Source: an uncultured Chthonomonadaceae bacterium (GTDB lineage Bacteria > Armatimonadota > Chthonomonadetes > Chthonomonadales > Chthonomonadaceae). Taken from it: DNA of 64,000 bases. A program made the translations under genes and the position numbers. Under the pieces are notes generated by a model. It did no database searches. It saw nothing but the letters and a program-made list of their open reading frames with translations, and was not told where the DNA came from. Of this stretch, positions 1 to 8,524 are shown piece after piece. How positions within the stretch are numbered: the first letter of the stretch is position 1; every line of letters starts with the position of its first letter. The stretch spans positions 128,001-192,000 of the forward strand of contig CAWFQB010000004.1 of assembly GCA_963817895.1 (NCBI GenBank), in the 5' to 3' direction.

Positions 1-2
1 CG

Positions 3-722
3 CCTGACGCGAACAAGCTTGCTCGACAGTCTTTGATTGATGGCGCGCAGACATTCGGACTGGTTCTGGAACCCGCCGTCGTATCGCGCTTTCAACGCTT
101 TGCCCTGCTTCTCGATGAGGGGAACCGCCAATTGAATTTGACGCGCATCCGCCCCGAAGACGTGACCGCGCTGCATTTTCTGGACTCGCTTGTTCTGGCG
201 GCGGCGCATCGCCCCGCGTCCGGCGCTCGCCTGCTGGATGTCGGAACGGGCGCGGGATTTCCCGGCGTGCCGCTTGCCCTCGTGTTTCCCGGTATCAACG
301 TGACCCTGATGGACAGCACGCGCAAACGGCTGGCATGGCTGGACGGCGCGCTTGCCGACCTGAAGTTGACCAACGCCCACACGCTTCACGCCCGCGCCGA
401 AGAGTTGACGCGGGACAGTAAGCACCGCGAACGCTATGACGTGGTGACGGCCCGGGCGGTTGCCCCGCTGTCCAAACTTGCAGACTGGCTGCTGCCGTTT
501 GTCCGTCCGGGCGGGATTGCCGTCGCGTATAAAAGTCAGGAAATTGCCGCAGAAATTAAGGACGCGCAGGCGACATTGCAGGCGCAAGGCGCAATCGTGG
601 AGCAGGTTGCCGAAATCCCTTTGCCGGGTACGGACATCCTGCGCAAACTGATTATCCTGCGCAAGATTCATTCCGTACCCATGCCGCAAAAGCGGGAGAA
701 AACAAGGATTAGCCGCAAATAA
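3..722 (+). CDS. rsmG: 16S rRNA m7G527 methyltransferase (probably 5'-partial)
   Basis: LNLTRI, HFLDSL, DVGTGAGFPG SAM motif and VTARAVA. The frame is open from base 3, so the start may lie outside the window. Confidence 0.93.
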   Translation, partial: PDANKLARQSLIDGAQTFGLVLEPAVVSRFQRFALLLDEGNRQLNLTRIRPEDVTALHFLDSLVLAAAHRPASGARLLDVGTGAGFPGVPLALVFPGINVTLMDSTRKRLAWLDGALADLKLTNAHTLHARAEELTRDSKHRERYDVVTARAVAPLSKLADWLLPFVRPGGIAVAYKSQEIAAEIKDAQATLQAQGAIVEQVAEIPLPGTDILRKLIILRKIHSVPMPQKREKTRISRK

Positions 723-785
723 ACGCGAATATACGCAATTAAGAACGGCGCGAATGATATTTTGTATTGGGAAAGAGGAGCGGAA

Positions 786-1307
786 ATGAGGACAGGAATG
801 TTTCGCAGGAGTGTGGCATTTACCGTGTGCGGAATTGTTACCGGTTTGGCCTTGTGGCCGCGTCCCGCCGGGGCGGAGCATTTTGACATTACCCTGCGCG
901 TGTCCGCGCCGAATAGTCACGGCGAAGCCTTTATGGACACCTCGCCGCCAATCGGCGGCGTCAACAAGCGCCCGCTTGTCAAGGCGAAACCCGGCGAAAT
1001 GGTACGCATTACGTGGAAGATGAAGAACGCTTCGCCGCACGGCGTTTTGAAGAACGTTACCATCCACTTTTTTGTTGTCAAGGAAGCGGAGATCGGCCAG
1101 AAGCCCACGCCCGACCCGTCAGGTGAGGCGGGAATTGTGGATAACAGCGTCACGCAGGACCTCGCGCCCAAATCCGGCGTCAATGGCAGTCTGCGTCTGA
1201 AAGCCCCGGAAGCCGGCAACTATCTCATTCGCGTCCAGAGTGAAGACACCAATGAAGAATTCGGCCACGAACACTTTTCCGCGATTGATTTGCAAGTCCA
1301 GCCGTAA
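786..1307 (+). CDS. Secreted beta-rich hypothetical protein
   Basis: GAGGAG RBS before ATG 786; N-terminal signal peptide ending in AGA-E. Confidence 0.7.
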   Translation: MRTGMFRRSVAFTVCGIVTGLALWPRPAGAEHFDITLRVSAPNSHGEAFMDTSPPIGGVNKRPLVKAKPGEMVRITWKMKNASPHGVLKNVTIHFFVVKEAEIGQKPTPDPSGEAGIVDNSVTQDLAPKSGVNGSLRLKAPEAGNYLIRVQSEDTNEEFGHEHFSAIDLQVQP

Positions 1308-1354
1308 GCGGAACAAGCCTATTTGAACCCTGTTCTGCTTGAAGTCAGTCGAAC

Positions 1355-1398
1355 GAAAATCAGCCACAGGCCGCAGCGATGCGGTTCCTGTGGCTGAT
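1355..1398 (-). terminator. Intrinsic terminator-like hairpin
   Basis: ATCAGCCACAGG...CCTGTGGCTGAT stem followed by TTTTC on the minus strand. Confidence 0.6.
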
Positions 1399-1625
1399 GT
1401 GTTGTACCTTTCGGAAAGCGGCAATTAACATCTGTGCTTGTTGGGCTTGCCCTGCAAACTGTTAAACAACACACCCAATGAACCCTGCGCTATATGAAAC
1501 TCCTCCGTGTAGATAGGGCGCAGGCGTTTGGCTCCTCATGCGCCGATTGTCACGAGGATTATAGCGAGAATGTGGGGAAAGTTCAGGGGGGCGCGGCACA
1601 TTGCGAAATATTTCCTCCTGTCTTT

Positions 1626-4541
1626 TCACCTGCTGATAGCCACTGGCGATAGCCCTTTCGACTGGCGCAATTGCTCAAATCGCCGAACTTCGTCGTTGCT
1701 CACTTGTGTGTTGTCAAGTGAGAGATATTGCAGTTGGGTTAGGGCATTCAGGGGTGTCAGGTCGCTTACTGGGGTGTTAGCGAGGTAGAGCAATTGCAGT
1801 TCGGTGAGTTCACTCAATGGTGTTAAGTCATGCGTCTGCGTGCTGACAAGGGAAAGTTCCAATAGTTTAGTGAGTTTGCTGATAGGAGTCAAATCACTAA
1901 CCTGTGTGTTGTCGGCGGAGAGTATCTGCAGTCGTGTGAATTTGGCGAGAGGAGTCAAGTCGCTTACTTGCGTGTTATCGAGGTCGAGCCATTGCAGTTC
2001 GGTAAGGCTGCTCAGAGGCGTCAAGTCTCGCGTCTGTGTATTCGTAAGAAAGAGCCTTTGTAACTGGGTGAGACTACTGAGAGGAGTCAAATCGCGAATA
2101 TAGGGGCGATACGCTTCCACTGTACCCTCAAATATTTGCAGTCCTGCTAGAATAGAGGGTATCTGGGCGTAGGTGACAACAGCCAGCAGGTCTTCGGGGG
2201 GCAGAAGGGCGGCAAGTTCATTCAGCACGGCGGCGCGATGATCCTGATGTAGGTAGTCGCGCAAACATTCGCGCGCCCGTTCGCTCTGCATCTTGCCCAG
2301 TCCTCGCACACACGCCGCCGCATCCTTTTCCGGCATGTCTTTGCGCCATGCCAGGAACTCTACGGCGGTTTCCCCGGCTCCCGCCAGTGCTTCCGCTTTC
2401 TTGAACGTGTTGATGGGCAGCATCCGCTTGCGCAGACCGCTTACCTGCTGTTCCAGCGTTGTGTCGAGCCGATACGCCAGACGCCCGTGCGCTTTGAGGA
2501 CTATCACTTCACGCCGCTGACGGCATTTCTTGTCCAGCCCCTGCATGTTCATCAGGGCTTCCATTAGGCTTTGCACGTATGTCCGGCTGCTATCCGACCC
2601 GGCGGCAAACAGCAGGATAGGCTCCCACCGCTCCACGTCCCCGGCATCTACCTTCTTCATCAGGAACTCGATCTCACCCTGCTCCACAAACTCCAGCGCG
2701 GCCAGATAGTCGCGCAGGGAGTTGTGAACGAACTCCACATCGTTCTGCCCGCACGGGCGTATCAGGCCGCTACGTTGTTCCAGGCCGCACAACACCTGTT
2801 CCGCTTCCACATAGTCGTGGTTTTGTGCGCCCCCTATCGCGGTCGCCACTTCCCGCGCTGCATTGGCGCGTCCGATACGCGACCCCTCCTCCCGCGCAAT
2901 GAGCCACGCCAGATGCTGCGCCACAGCCAGCCGCATTGTTCTGTTCAGCGCATAGTAGGCGGGCGGGAACACTTCGCGCGGCACTTTATTGAGCCAGTCC
3001 CGGTCAAAAGCCAGCATGTTACACGCGCTCTGGCACAAATCATGCTCGTTTTGCGGCAGCGATTCTCGGTACAATCGGTTCAGAGCGCACAGCAGGGCGC
3101 ACAGCAGCGGATTGGCCGCCAGCAGCCCCACTGCATAGTTTGTCTTCATCTCCGCAAGCAGGCGCTGCTCGCGCTCTGCCAGTTCCTTCACGTCCTCCTT
3201 CGCATCGCCCAACTGCTGCCGCACGGCCTCATGCCAGCGCCGAACACACTCTGCCCGACCAAACGGCGACAGGTCGCGTATCTCGTACTCAACGAAATCC
3301 GCGTCTTTCAGCGCGTTCTCCTCCAACGCCGCCGGTCGGCTCGTTACGACAATCACATTCTCCGCAGAATAATCGCGTGTCAGTCCGCGTATCCATTTCA
3401 GCGCATCCTGCCGCCGCGCCTGCGACAGCTCATCCAATCCATCCAGCAGCAGCAGGCCACGCCCCTCGTTCAAAATACGTTTGGCCCACCCCGGCGGCGG
3501 TTCCTCATCGGGAGCGCCGCCCTTATGAAACTCTTCGGGCGTCGGCAATGTTCCCGTTTCCCAATCCCGCAGCCGCAGGTAAAACGGCGTTTTCTCACGC
3601 CATGCGGACATTCGCCTACCCTCGTCAAACTGCTTTCCATAGTCTTTGTCCACGGGCCGCATTTCGAGTTCCGGCCATTGCCTCTGCGCCGCTTCCAGCG
3701 CCAGCCAGCGCATCATCGTGGTTTTACCACACCCCGCCTTGCCGACAACCAGGGCGCGCTTCGTGGGGGATTTCAGCGCGTCCAGCAGCGCATCCGCCTG
3801 CACATCGCCGGGCAGTTCCGACAGCGACCGCCCTTGAGTCAGCGTCAGCGTCACATACGCTACCGAAAGCGTCTGCTTGCGCGACTCTTTGTGCAGCGGC
3901 TTCCCCTCGATAAACAACTCCACGTAATTGAGCGTGTCCGCCACAACCGCGCGATACTTGCGCTCGAAATCTGCGTATTCCTCCCAATGCGTTGCGGCCT
4001 GCGCGTTTTGCTCATTTAGCGTATCCGTGATATACGCCAGCAATTTCTCCTGATAGTCTGGCATATTCGGAAGCAATGGAAGAAACGCCCGAAGGTTTTT
4101 CACTATCAGTAGGTCGTGATACCTATCGTACTCTACATTGCCGCGCCCCAGAGGAACCGCGCGTTTCGCGTTCCAAAGGGCGGGCAGCCTTTCCAGCATT
4201 ACACGATTTTTCAGCAGTTCCGCAAAGTCGAAACCCGCTTCCATCGTGATCCAAGCCTCTCTGTCTAAGTCATCGATGTCCAGAGTGCAGCCTTCGCGTT
4301 GTGCCTGTTGTTTCACTTCTTTCAGAATTTGTCGCCGATTCTCTTCCAAGCGCAGATTGTGAAGAATGGCTTCCTGTTGCTTTTCCAGCACATCGCTGCC
4401 AAGTGCGAGCGTGCCCGTCACCGCGCCTGCATAATTGCCGGAGCCGACGGCAATCAGCACGTTCGCCACTTTCAGGCCAAAAGCACTTGCAGATTTCAAA
4501 GAAGTCGCTATTGGTTGTTTTCGTTTGTCTCTGTCTACCAC
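1626..4541 (-). CDS. NACHT NTPase with C-terminal leucine-rich repeats (NLR-like STAND protein), paralog 1
   Basis: Walker A GKAGCGKTT, Walker B LLLLDGLDE, VTSRP, NPLL; six 22-aa internalin-like LRRs (DLTPL..L..L..L.L.NTQVS). Confidence 0.88.
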   Translation of the reverse strand: MVDRDKRKQPIATSLKSASAFGLKVANVLIAVGSGNYAGAVTGTLALGSDVLEKQQEAILHNLRLEENRRQILKEVKQQAQREGCTLDIDDLDREAWITMEAGFDFAELLKNRVMLERLPALWNAKRAVPLGRGNVEYDRYHDLLIVKNLRAFLPLLPNMPDYQEKLLAYITDTLNEQNAQAATHWEEYADFERKYRAVVADTLNYVELFIEGKPLHKESRKQTLSVAYVTLTLTQGRSLSELPGDVQADALLDALKSPTKRALVVGKAGCGKTTMMRWLALEAAQRQWPELEMRPVDKDYGKQFDEGRRMSAWREKTPFYLRLRDWETGTLPTPEEFHKGGAPDEEPPPGWAKRILNEGRGLLLLDGLDELSQARRQDALKWIRGLTRDYSAENVIVVTSRPAALEENALKDADFVEYEIRDLSPFGRAECVRRWHEAVRQQLGDAKEDVKELAEREQRLLAEMKTNYAVGLLAANPLLCALLCALNRLYRESLPQNEHDLCQSACNMLAFDRDWLNKVPREVFPPAYYALNRTMRLAVAQHLAWLIAREEGSRIGRANAAREVATAIGGAQNHDYVEAEQVLCGLEQRSGLIRPCGQNDVEFVHNSLRDYLAALEFVEQGEIEFLMKKVDAGDVERWEPILLFAAGSDSSRTYVQSLMEALMNMQGLDKKCRQRREVIVLKAHGRLAYRLDTTLEQQVSGLRKRMLPINTFKKAEALAGAGETAVEFLAWRKDMPEKDAAACVRGLGKMQSERARECLRDYLHQDHRAAVLNELAALLPPEDLLAVVTYAQIPSILAGLQIFEGTVEAYRPYIRDLTPLSSLTQLQRLFLTNTQTRDLTPLSSLTELQWLDLDNTQVSDLTPLAKFTRLQILSADNTQVSDLTPISKLTKLLELSLVSTQTHDLTPLSELTELQLLYLANTPVSDLTPLNALTQLQYLSLDNTQVSNDEVRRFEQLRQSKGLSPVAISR

Positions 4542-4705
4542 TACCTTGCTACCTCGTGCCTCTCCTTATGCCAACAATAATTTCGTTAGAATAGCAACAA
4601 TGAGTTGGACACAATGTGTTCGATCTACTACTCATGGACAACAAGCCGGTAACAGATGAATGGCAAGGGCGCATAGAGATACTCACAGTGCTATAATGTG
4701 GTTAA

Positions 4706-7531
4706 TCATATAATAATTGGTATTGCTGAAAGTCCTTTCGATTGACGAAGCCTCTGAAGGTTCTGAATTTCCTCGTCGCTCACCTGGGTGTTGGTGAGAT
4801 AGAGCATTTGCAGTTGGTCTAGTCCGCTCAGGGGCGTCAGGTCGCTCACCTGGGTGTTGGTAAGATCGAGCCATTGCAGTTGGTCTAGTCCGCTCAGAGG
4901 CGTCAGGTCGCTCACCTGGGTATCATTGAGGACAAGCCGTTGTAGTTGGTTTAGTCCGCTCAGAGGCGTCAGGTCGCTCACCTGGGTGTTGGTGAGATAG
5001 AGCATTTGCAGTTGGTCTAGTCCGCTCAGGGGCGTCAGGTCGCTCACCTGGGTGTTGGTAAGATCGAGCCATTGCAGTTGGTCTAGTCCGCTCAGAGGCG
5101 TCAGGTCGCTCACCTGGGTATCATTGAGGACAAGCCGTTGTAGTTGGTTTAGTCCGCTCAGGGGCGTCAGGTCGCTCACCTGGGTGTTGGTGAGATAGAG
5201 CATTTGCAGTTGGTCTAGTCCGCTCAGAGGCGTCAGGTCGCTCACCTGGGTATCATTGAGGACAAGCCGTTGTAGTTGGTTTAGTCCGCTCAGAGGCGTC
5301 AGGTCGCGAATGTAGGGACGGTACGCTTCCGGTAAGCCGTTATATGTTTGTAGTCCTGACAGAACGAAAGGAATATCAAATATGTTTACCACGGCAAGCA
5401 CATCTTCCGGTAGCAGAATGTTAGCGAGTTCGTCTAGCACAGCAGGACATGGCTTATTATGAAGATAAACCAAAAGAGCATCGCACGCTTGTTCGTTCTC
5501 TATACGCCCCAGGCCGCGTACGCAAGTAATTGCAATATCTTCCGTCTGGCACTCATGCCATTCCAAGTACTCGACGGCTGCCGCTCCCGCTTTCGCAAGT
5601 GCCTCCGCCTTCTCTATCGTATCTACTGGCAGTAATTGCTTGCGAATGGTGGTAATTTGTGTTGTCAACTCCGCGCCTAACGGTATCGGAATGTGCGCGG
5701 CCACTTTCAGTGCAATCAGTTCACGATAGTGGTAGTCGTCAGAATTTTGCCTGCGTTTATCTAATATCTTAGTTAATAACGCTCGTCCGAACTCATAGTT
5801 ACGGTCAGTTGCAGCGGCAAACAGCAATACTGGCTCCCATCGTTCCAAATCTCCCGAAGCTATCTGCCTTACCAGAAAAGCGGTCTCGTTACGTTGCACC
5901 AGAAGGAGCGATGCCAGATAGTCACGCAGAGCGTTGTGGACGAACTCAATTTCATCTTCATCCACTTCCCGCAGCAGACTACTCCGGTCAATCAAGCCTT
6001 TCAGCACATTTTCGGCTTCTGTCTGGTCGGGATTCGCCGCGCCGTGCAGCGTGGTCGCCACAATGTCTATCGCCCCCGCCCTTGACAGCGCCGGGACGCT
6101 TTCTTTCACCAGCGCGTAGGCGAGATGCTGCGCCACGAGCAGGCGCGTCGGATAGTTCAAATTGTCGTAATCGGGAAGGAAATTTTGTGTCGCTATGCCC
6201 TGAAGCTGGTCGCGGTCGTACAGCAGCATTTTGCACGCGCTTTCGCACAGGTCGCGCAGGTTTTGCGGCAGCGAGGCGACATACACGCGGTTGAGGGCGC
6301 ACAGTAGCGCGCACAGCAGGGGATTGGCCGCAAGCAGGGCAATGGAGCGGTTGGTTTGCAGTTCATGCAGCAATCGCGTCTGCTTCTCATCCAGGTTTGC
6401 AATTCTGTCCGGCAGGACGCTAAGGCGTTTGCGCACCGCCGCATGCCACTTCTGCACGAACTCCACTTTGCCCGACGGCGACAGGTCACGCACCCCGTAC
6501 TCGCGGAAGCCTTCTGCGGCCAGCGCGTCCGTCTTCACTGCCTGCGGACGGCTGCTCGCCACAAACACGTTTTCGGACGGCAGGTTTGTGGTCAGTTCCC
6601 GTATCCACTCCAACGCGAGTAGACGGCGCGCGGGCGCAAGTTCATCCAGGCCATCCAGCAGGACAAGGCCGCGCCCCGCATCCAGAATACGCTGCGCCCA
6701 CCCCGGCGGCGGTTTATGCCCCGTAATTCCCCAGGCGTGAAACCCGTCCGTGTCCGGGAACGTCCCGTCCTTGCAGTCGCGCAACCGAATGAGAAACGGG
6801 ATTTTGCTGCGCCACGATTCGGCTGTCCCCCGTTCGCGCTCCAATCCGCGCCGCATCGCTTCTTCCGGCTCCGCGTCCATATCCACCTCGCGCATACGGG
6901 CCGCTTCCAATCCGATCCAGCGCAGCAGCGTGGTTTTGCCGCACCCTGCCGGCCCGACCACCAGAACACGGCGCGGACCTTCCGGCAGATTGTCCAGCAG
7001 GCTGTCTGCCGGTACACTGCCCACCAGACTTTCGCCCTCCCGTCCCCGCGTCAATTCCAGGGTGACGTACGCGACCGTGAGTTCCTGCCGGCGCGCCTCA
7101 TCGGGAACATCCTGCCGCTCGATAAACAACTCCACGCGATCCAGTTTCTTCATCAGGGCATCGCGGTACGTGTATTCGAACTGCAAGTCATGCGCTTGCT
7201 CTTGACTGAGTGGTACTACTGTATGTGAAAGTGATACATCAAAGGATGTTGTTAGAGGTGGCTCTACATCATCTGGCTCTAAGTCCAAGCCAACGGCCTT
7301 GAATAAGGCACGAATAGAACTTAATCGTACAGTTTGAGCATTTTGTCGCCCATATCTAATAGTTCGCACTGTGCTTCGTCCAAGATTAGAACTTTGTGTT
7401 AAAAGTTCCTCTGTCCATCTTTTTTGTTGAGTACCATCGCTAGTCGTAGGCAGACCTGACCCTTGAGTAATGGCTACCTCAAGTCGCGCTACGCCCTTTT
7501 GCGATAAAATGTAAGCATTTTCTTTTGTCAT
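4706..7531 (-). CDS. HTH-like N-terminus + NACHT + LRR protein (NLR-like), paralog 2
   Basis: Walker A GPAGCGKTT, Walker B LVLLDGLDE, SSRP, NPLL; eight 22-aa LRRs; N-terminal WTEELL...LGRSTVRTI resembles an HTH. Confidence 0.88.
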   Translation of the reverse strand: MTKENAYILSQKGVARLEVAITQGSGLPTTSDGTQQKRWTEELLTQSSNLGRSTVRTIRYGRQNAQTVRLSSIRALFKAVGLDLEPDDVEPPLTTSFDVSLSHTVVPLSQEQAHDLQFEYTYRDALMKKLDRVELFIERQDVPDEARRQELTVAYVTLELTRGREGESLVGSVPADSLLDNLPEGPRRVLVVGPAGCGKTTLLRWIGLEAARMREVDMDAEPEEAMRRGLERERGTAESWRSKIPFLIRLRDCKDGTFPDTDGFHAWGITGHKPPPGWAQRILDAGRGLVLLDGLDELAPARRLLALEWIRELTTNLPSENVFVASSRPQAVKTDALAAEGFREYGVRDLSPSGKVEFVQKWHAAVRKRLSVLPDRIANLDEKQTRLLHELQTNRSIALLAANPLLCALLCALNRVYVASLPQNLRDLCESACKMLLYDRDQLQGIATQNFLPDYDNLNYPTRLLVAQHLAYALVKESVPALSRAGAIDIVATTLHGAANPDQTEAENVLKGLIDRSSLLREVDEDEIEFVHNALRDYLASLLLVQRNETAFLVRQIASGDLERWEPVLLFAAATDRNYEFGRALLTKILDKRRQNSDDYHYRELIALKVAAHIPIPLGAELTTQITTIRKQLLPVDTIEKAEALAKAGAAAVEYLEWHECQTEDIAITCVRGLGRIENEQACDALLVYLHNKPCPAVLDELANILLPEDVLAVVNIFDIPFVLSGLQTYNGLPEAYRPYIRDLTPLSGLNQLQRLVLNDTQVSDLTPLSGLDQLQMLYLTNTQVSDLTPLSGLNQLQRLVLNDTQVSDLTPLSGLDQLQWLDLTNTQVSDLTPLSGLDQLQMLYLTNTQVSDLTPLSGLNQLQRLVLNDTQVSDLTPLSGLDQLQWLDLTNTQVSDLTPLSGLDQLQMLYLTNTQVSDEEIQNLQRLRQSKGLSAIPIII
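4776..5306 (-). repeat. Eight 66-bp tandem LRR-coding units of three near-identical variants
   Basis: AGGTCGC recurs at 4839, 4905, 4971, 5037, 5103, 5169, 5235 and 5301. Confidence 0.97.
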
Positions 7532-7722
7532 ACAACGTTCTCCTTCGTGTTCATATAGATATTCTACCCCAAATGACGAAATTTCTCAAACAAATTCAAA
7601 CAAACTGAAACAAACAGCATTATGGTGTCGTCTGCAAGTACATACGCTAGGTACTGAAGATGAAAATCAGTACGTTTCTCGGACCGTGATCTATCTATTG
7701 TGATAAGAGAGGACATGCAACA

Positions 7723-8022
7723 ATGACACGCCAGGCACTCCATATCTTCTTTGCCGCGTTTAGTGGCGCTCTAAGCGTTTACGTTTTCGCGCTGGCAGCC
7801 AATTACCAGAAGGCACCTTCCCAGTTCCATATGCCTTCATTCAATGATGTGATCGCCAAGATCATTATAGTAACATTCTACACCATCATTCATCTCTTGG
7901 TTGCTGTCCTCAGCGCAAACAAGAAACAAGCCAGCAATGAAGACGTCACCAAACAGGTGGCAATCGCGTTTCTCGCTAATATGGTCTTGGAACTTGTGCA
8001 GGCTGTGGTCTCTGGTCATTGA
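7723..8022 (+). CDS. Small membrane protein (about 3 TM helices)
   Basis: GAGGA RBS; three hydrophobic segments; divergent from the NACHT gene; lower GC. Confidence 0.65.
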   Translation: MTRQALHIFFAAFSGALSVYVFALAANYQKAPSQFHMPSFNDVIAKIIIVTFYTIIHLLVAVLSANKKQASNEDVTKQVAIAFLANMVLELVQAVVSGH

Positions 8023-8411
8023 TTTTGCATCATGTGACTGCTTGATTCTAACCTTATCATTGGTCAGCCTGCCTACAAGTAAGAAGGTAGCCTATGGCCG
8101 GATGAGGGTAGAATCTCATGCCTGCACAATCGCCTCCAAGGTTCAAATTTATCTGAAATATTTTCGCGAAAACAGTCTGGGGGTACTTCTAAAATCGCCG
8201 CCCAGTGTTAATATACGGCGTGTACAAAAACCGAATACCGTCCCCACTAACAAGGGAGGGAGGTGCAAAAGATGCCTGTTCACATCCGACCGCCCTGACG
8301 CTTACGAGGTCACGACGCCTCTACTGACAATTAAATAACACAACGAGACCGAGTGCTGAAAGCGCTGCATTGCCATTATTTCGACAACGTCTCCCTATAT
8401 TGTTAGGACAC

Positions 8412-8462
8412 AAACGCGAACAGGAGCCACCCCATAGACCGGGAAGACTCCTGTTCGCATTT
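8412..8462. terminator. Terminator-like hairpin downstream of hppA
   Basis: GCGAACAGGAG...CTCCTGTTCGC with AAA/TTT flanks. Confidence 0.55.
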
Positions 8463-8524
8463 ACCCATCAATTCAGAAGAAAAAGGAACTTCCTCCTTCA
8501 CCCTTCCACACTTCATCCTTTGCC

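Noticed and set aside
2571..4019. Long antisense ORFs (e.g. 2571-4019, 9217-10848, 15986-17104, 19761-20915)
   Set aside because: Shadow frames of high-GC genes with no recognisable motifs.
4776..5306. CRISPR array or DGR template
   Set aside because: The units are contiguous in-frame 66-bp coding repeats with no unique spacers. No cas or reverse transcriptase gene is present in the window.
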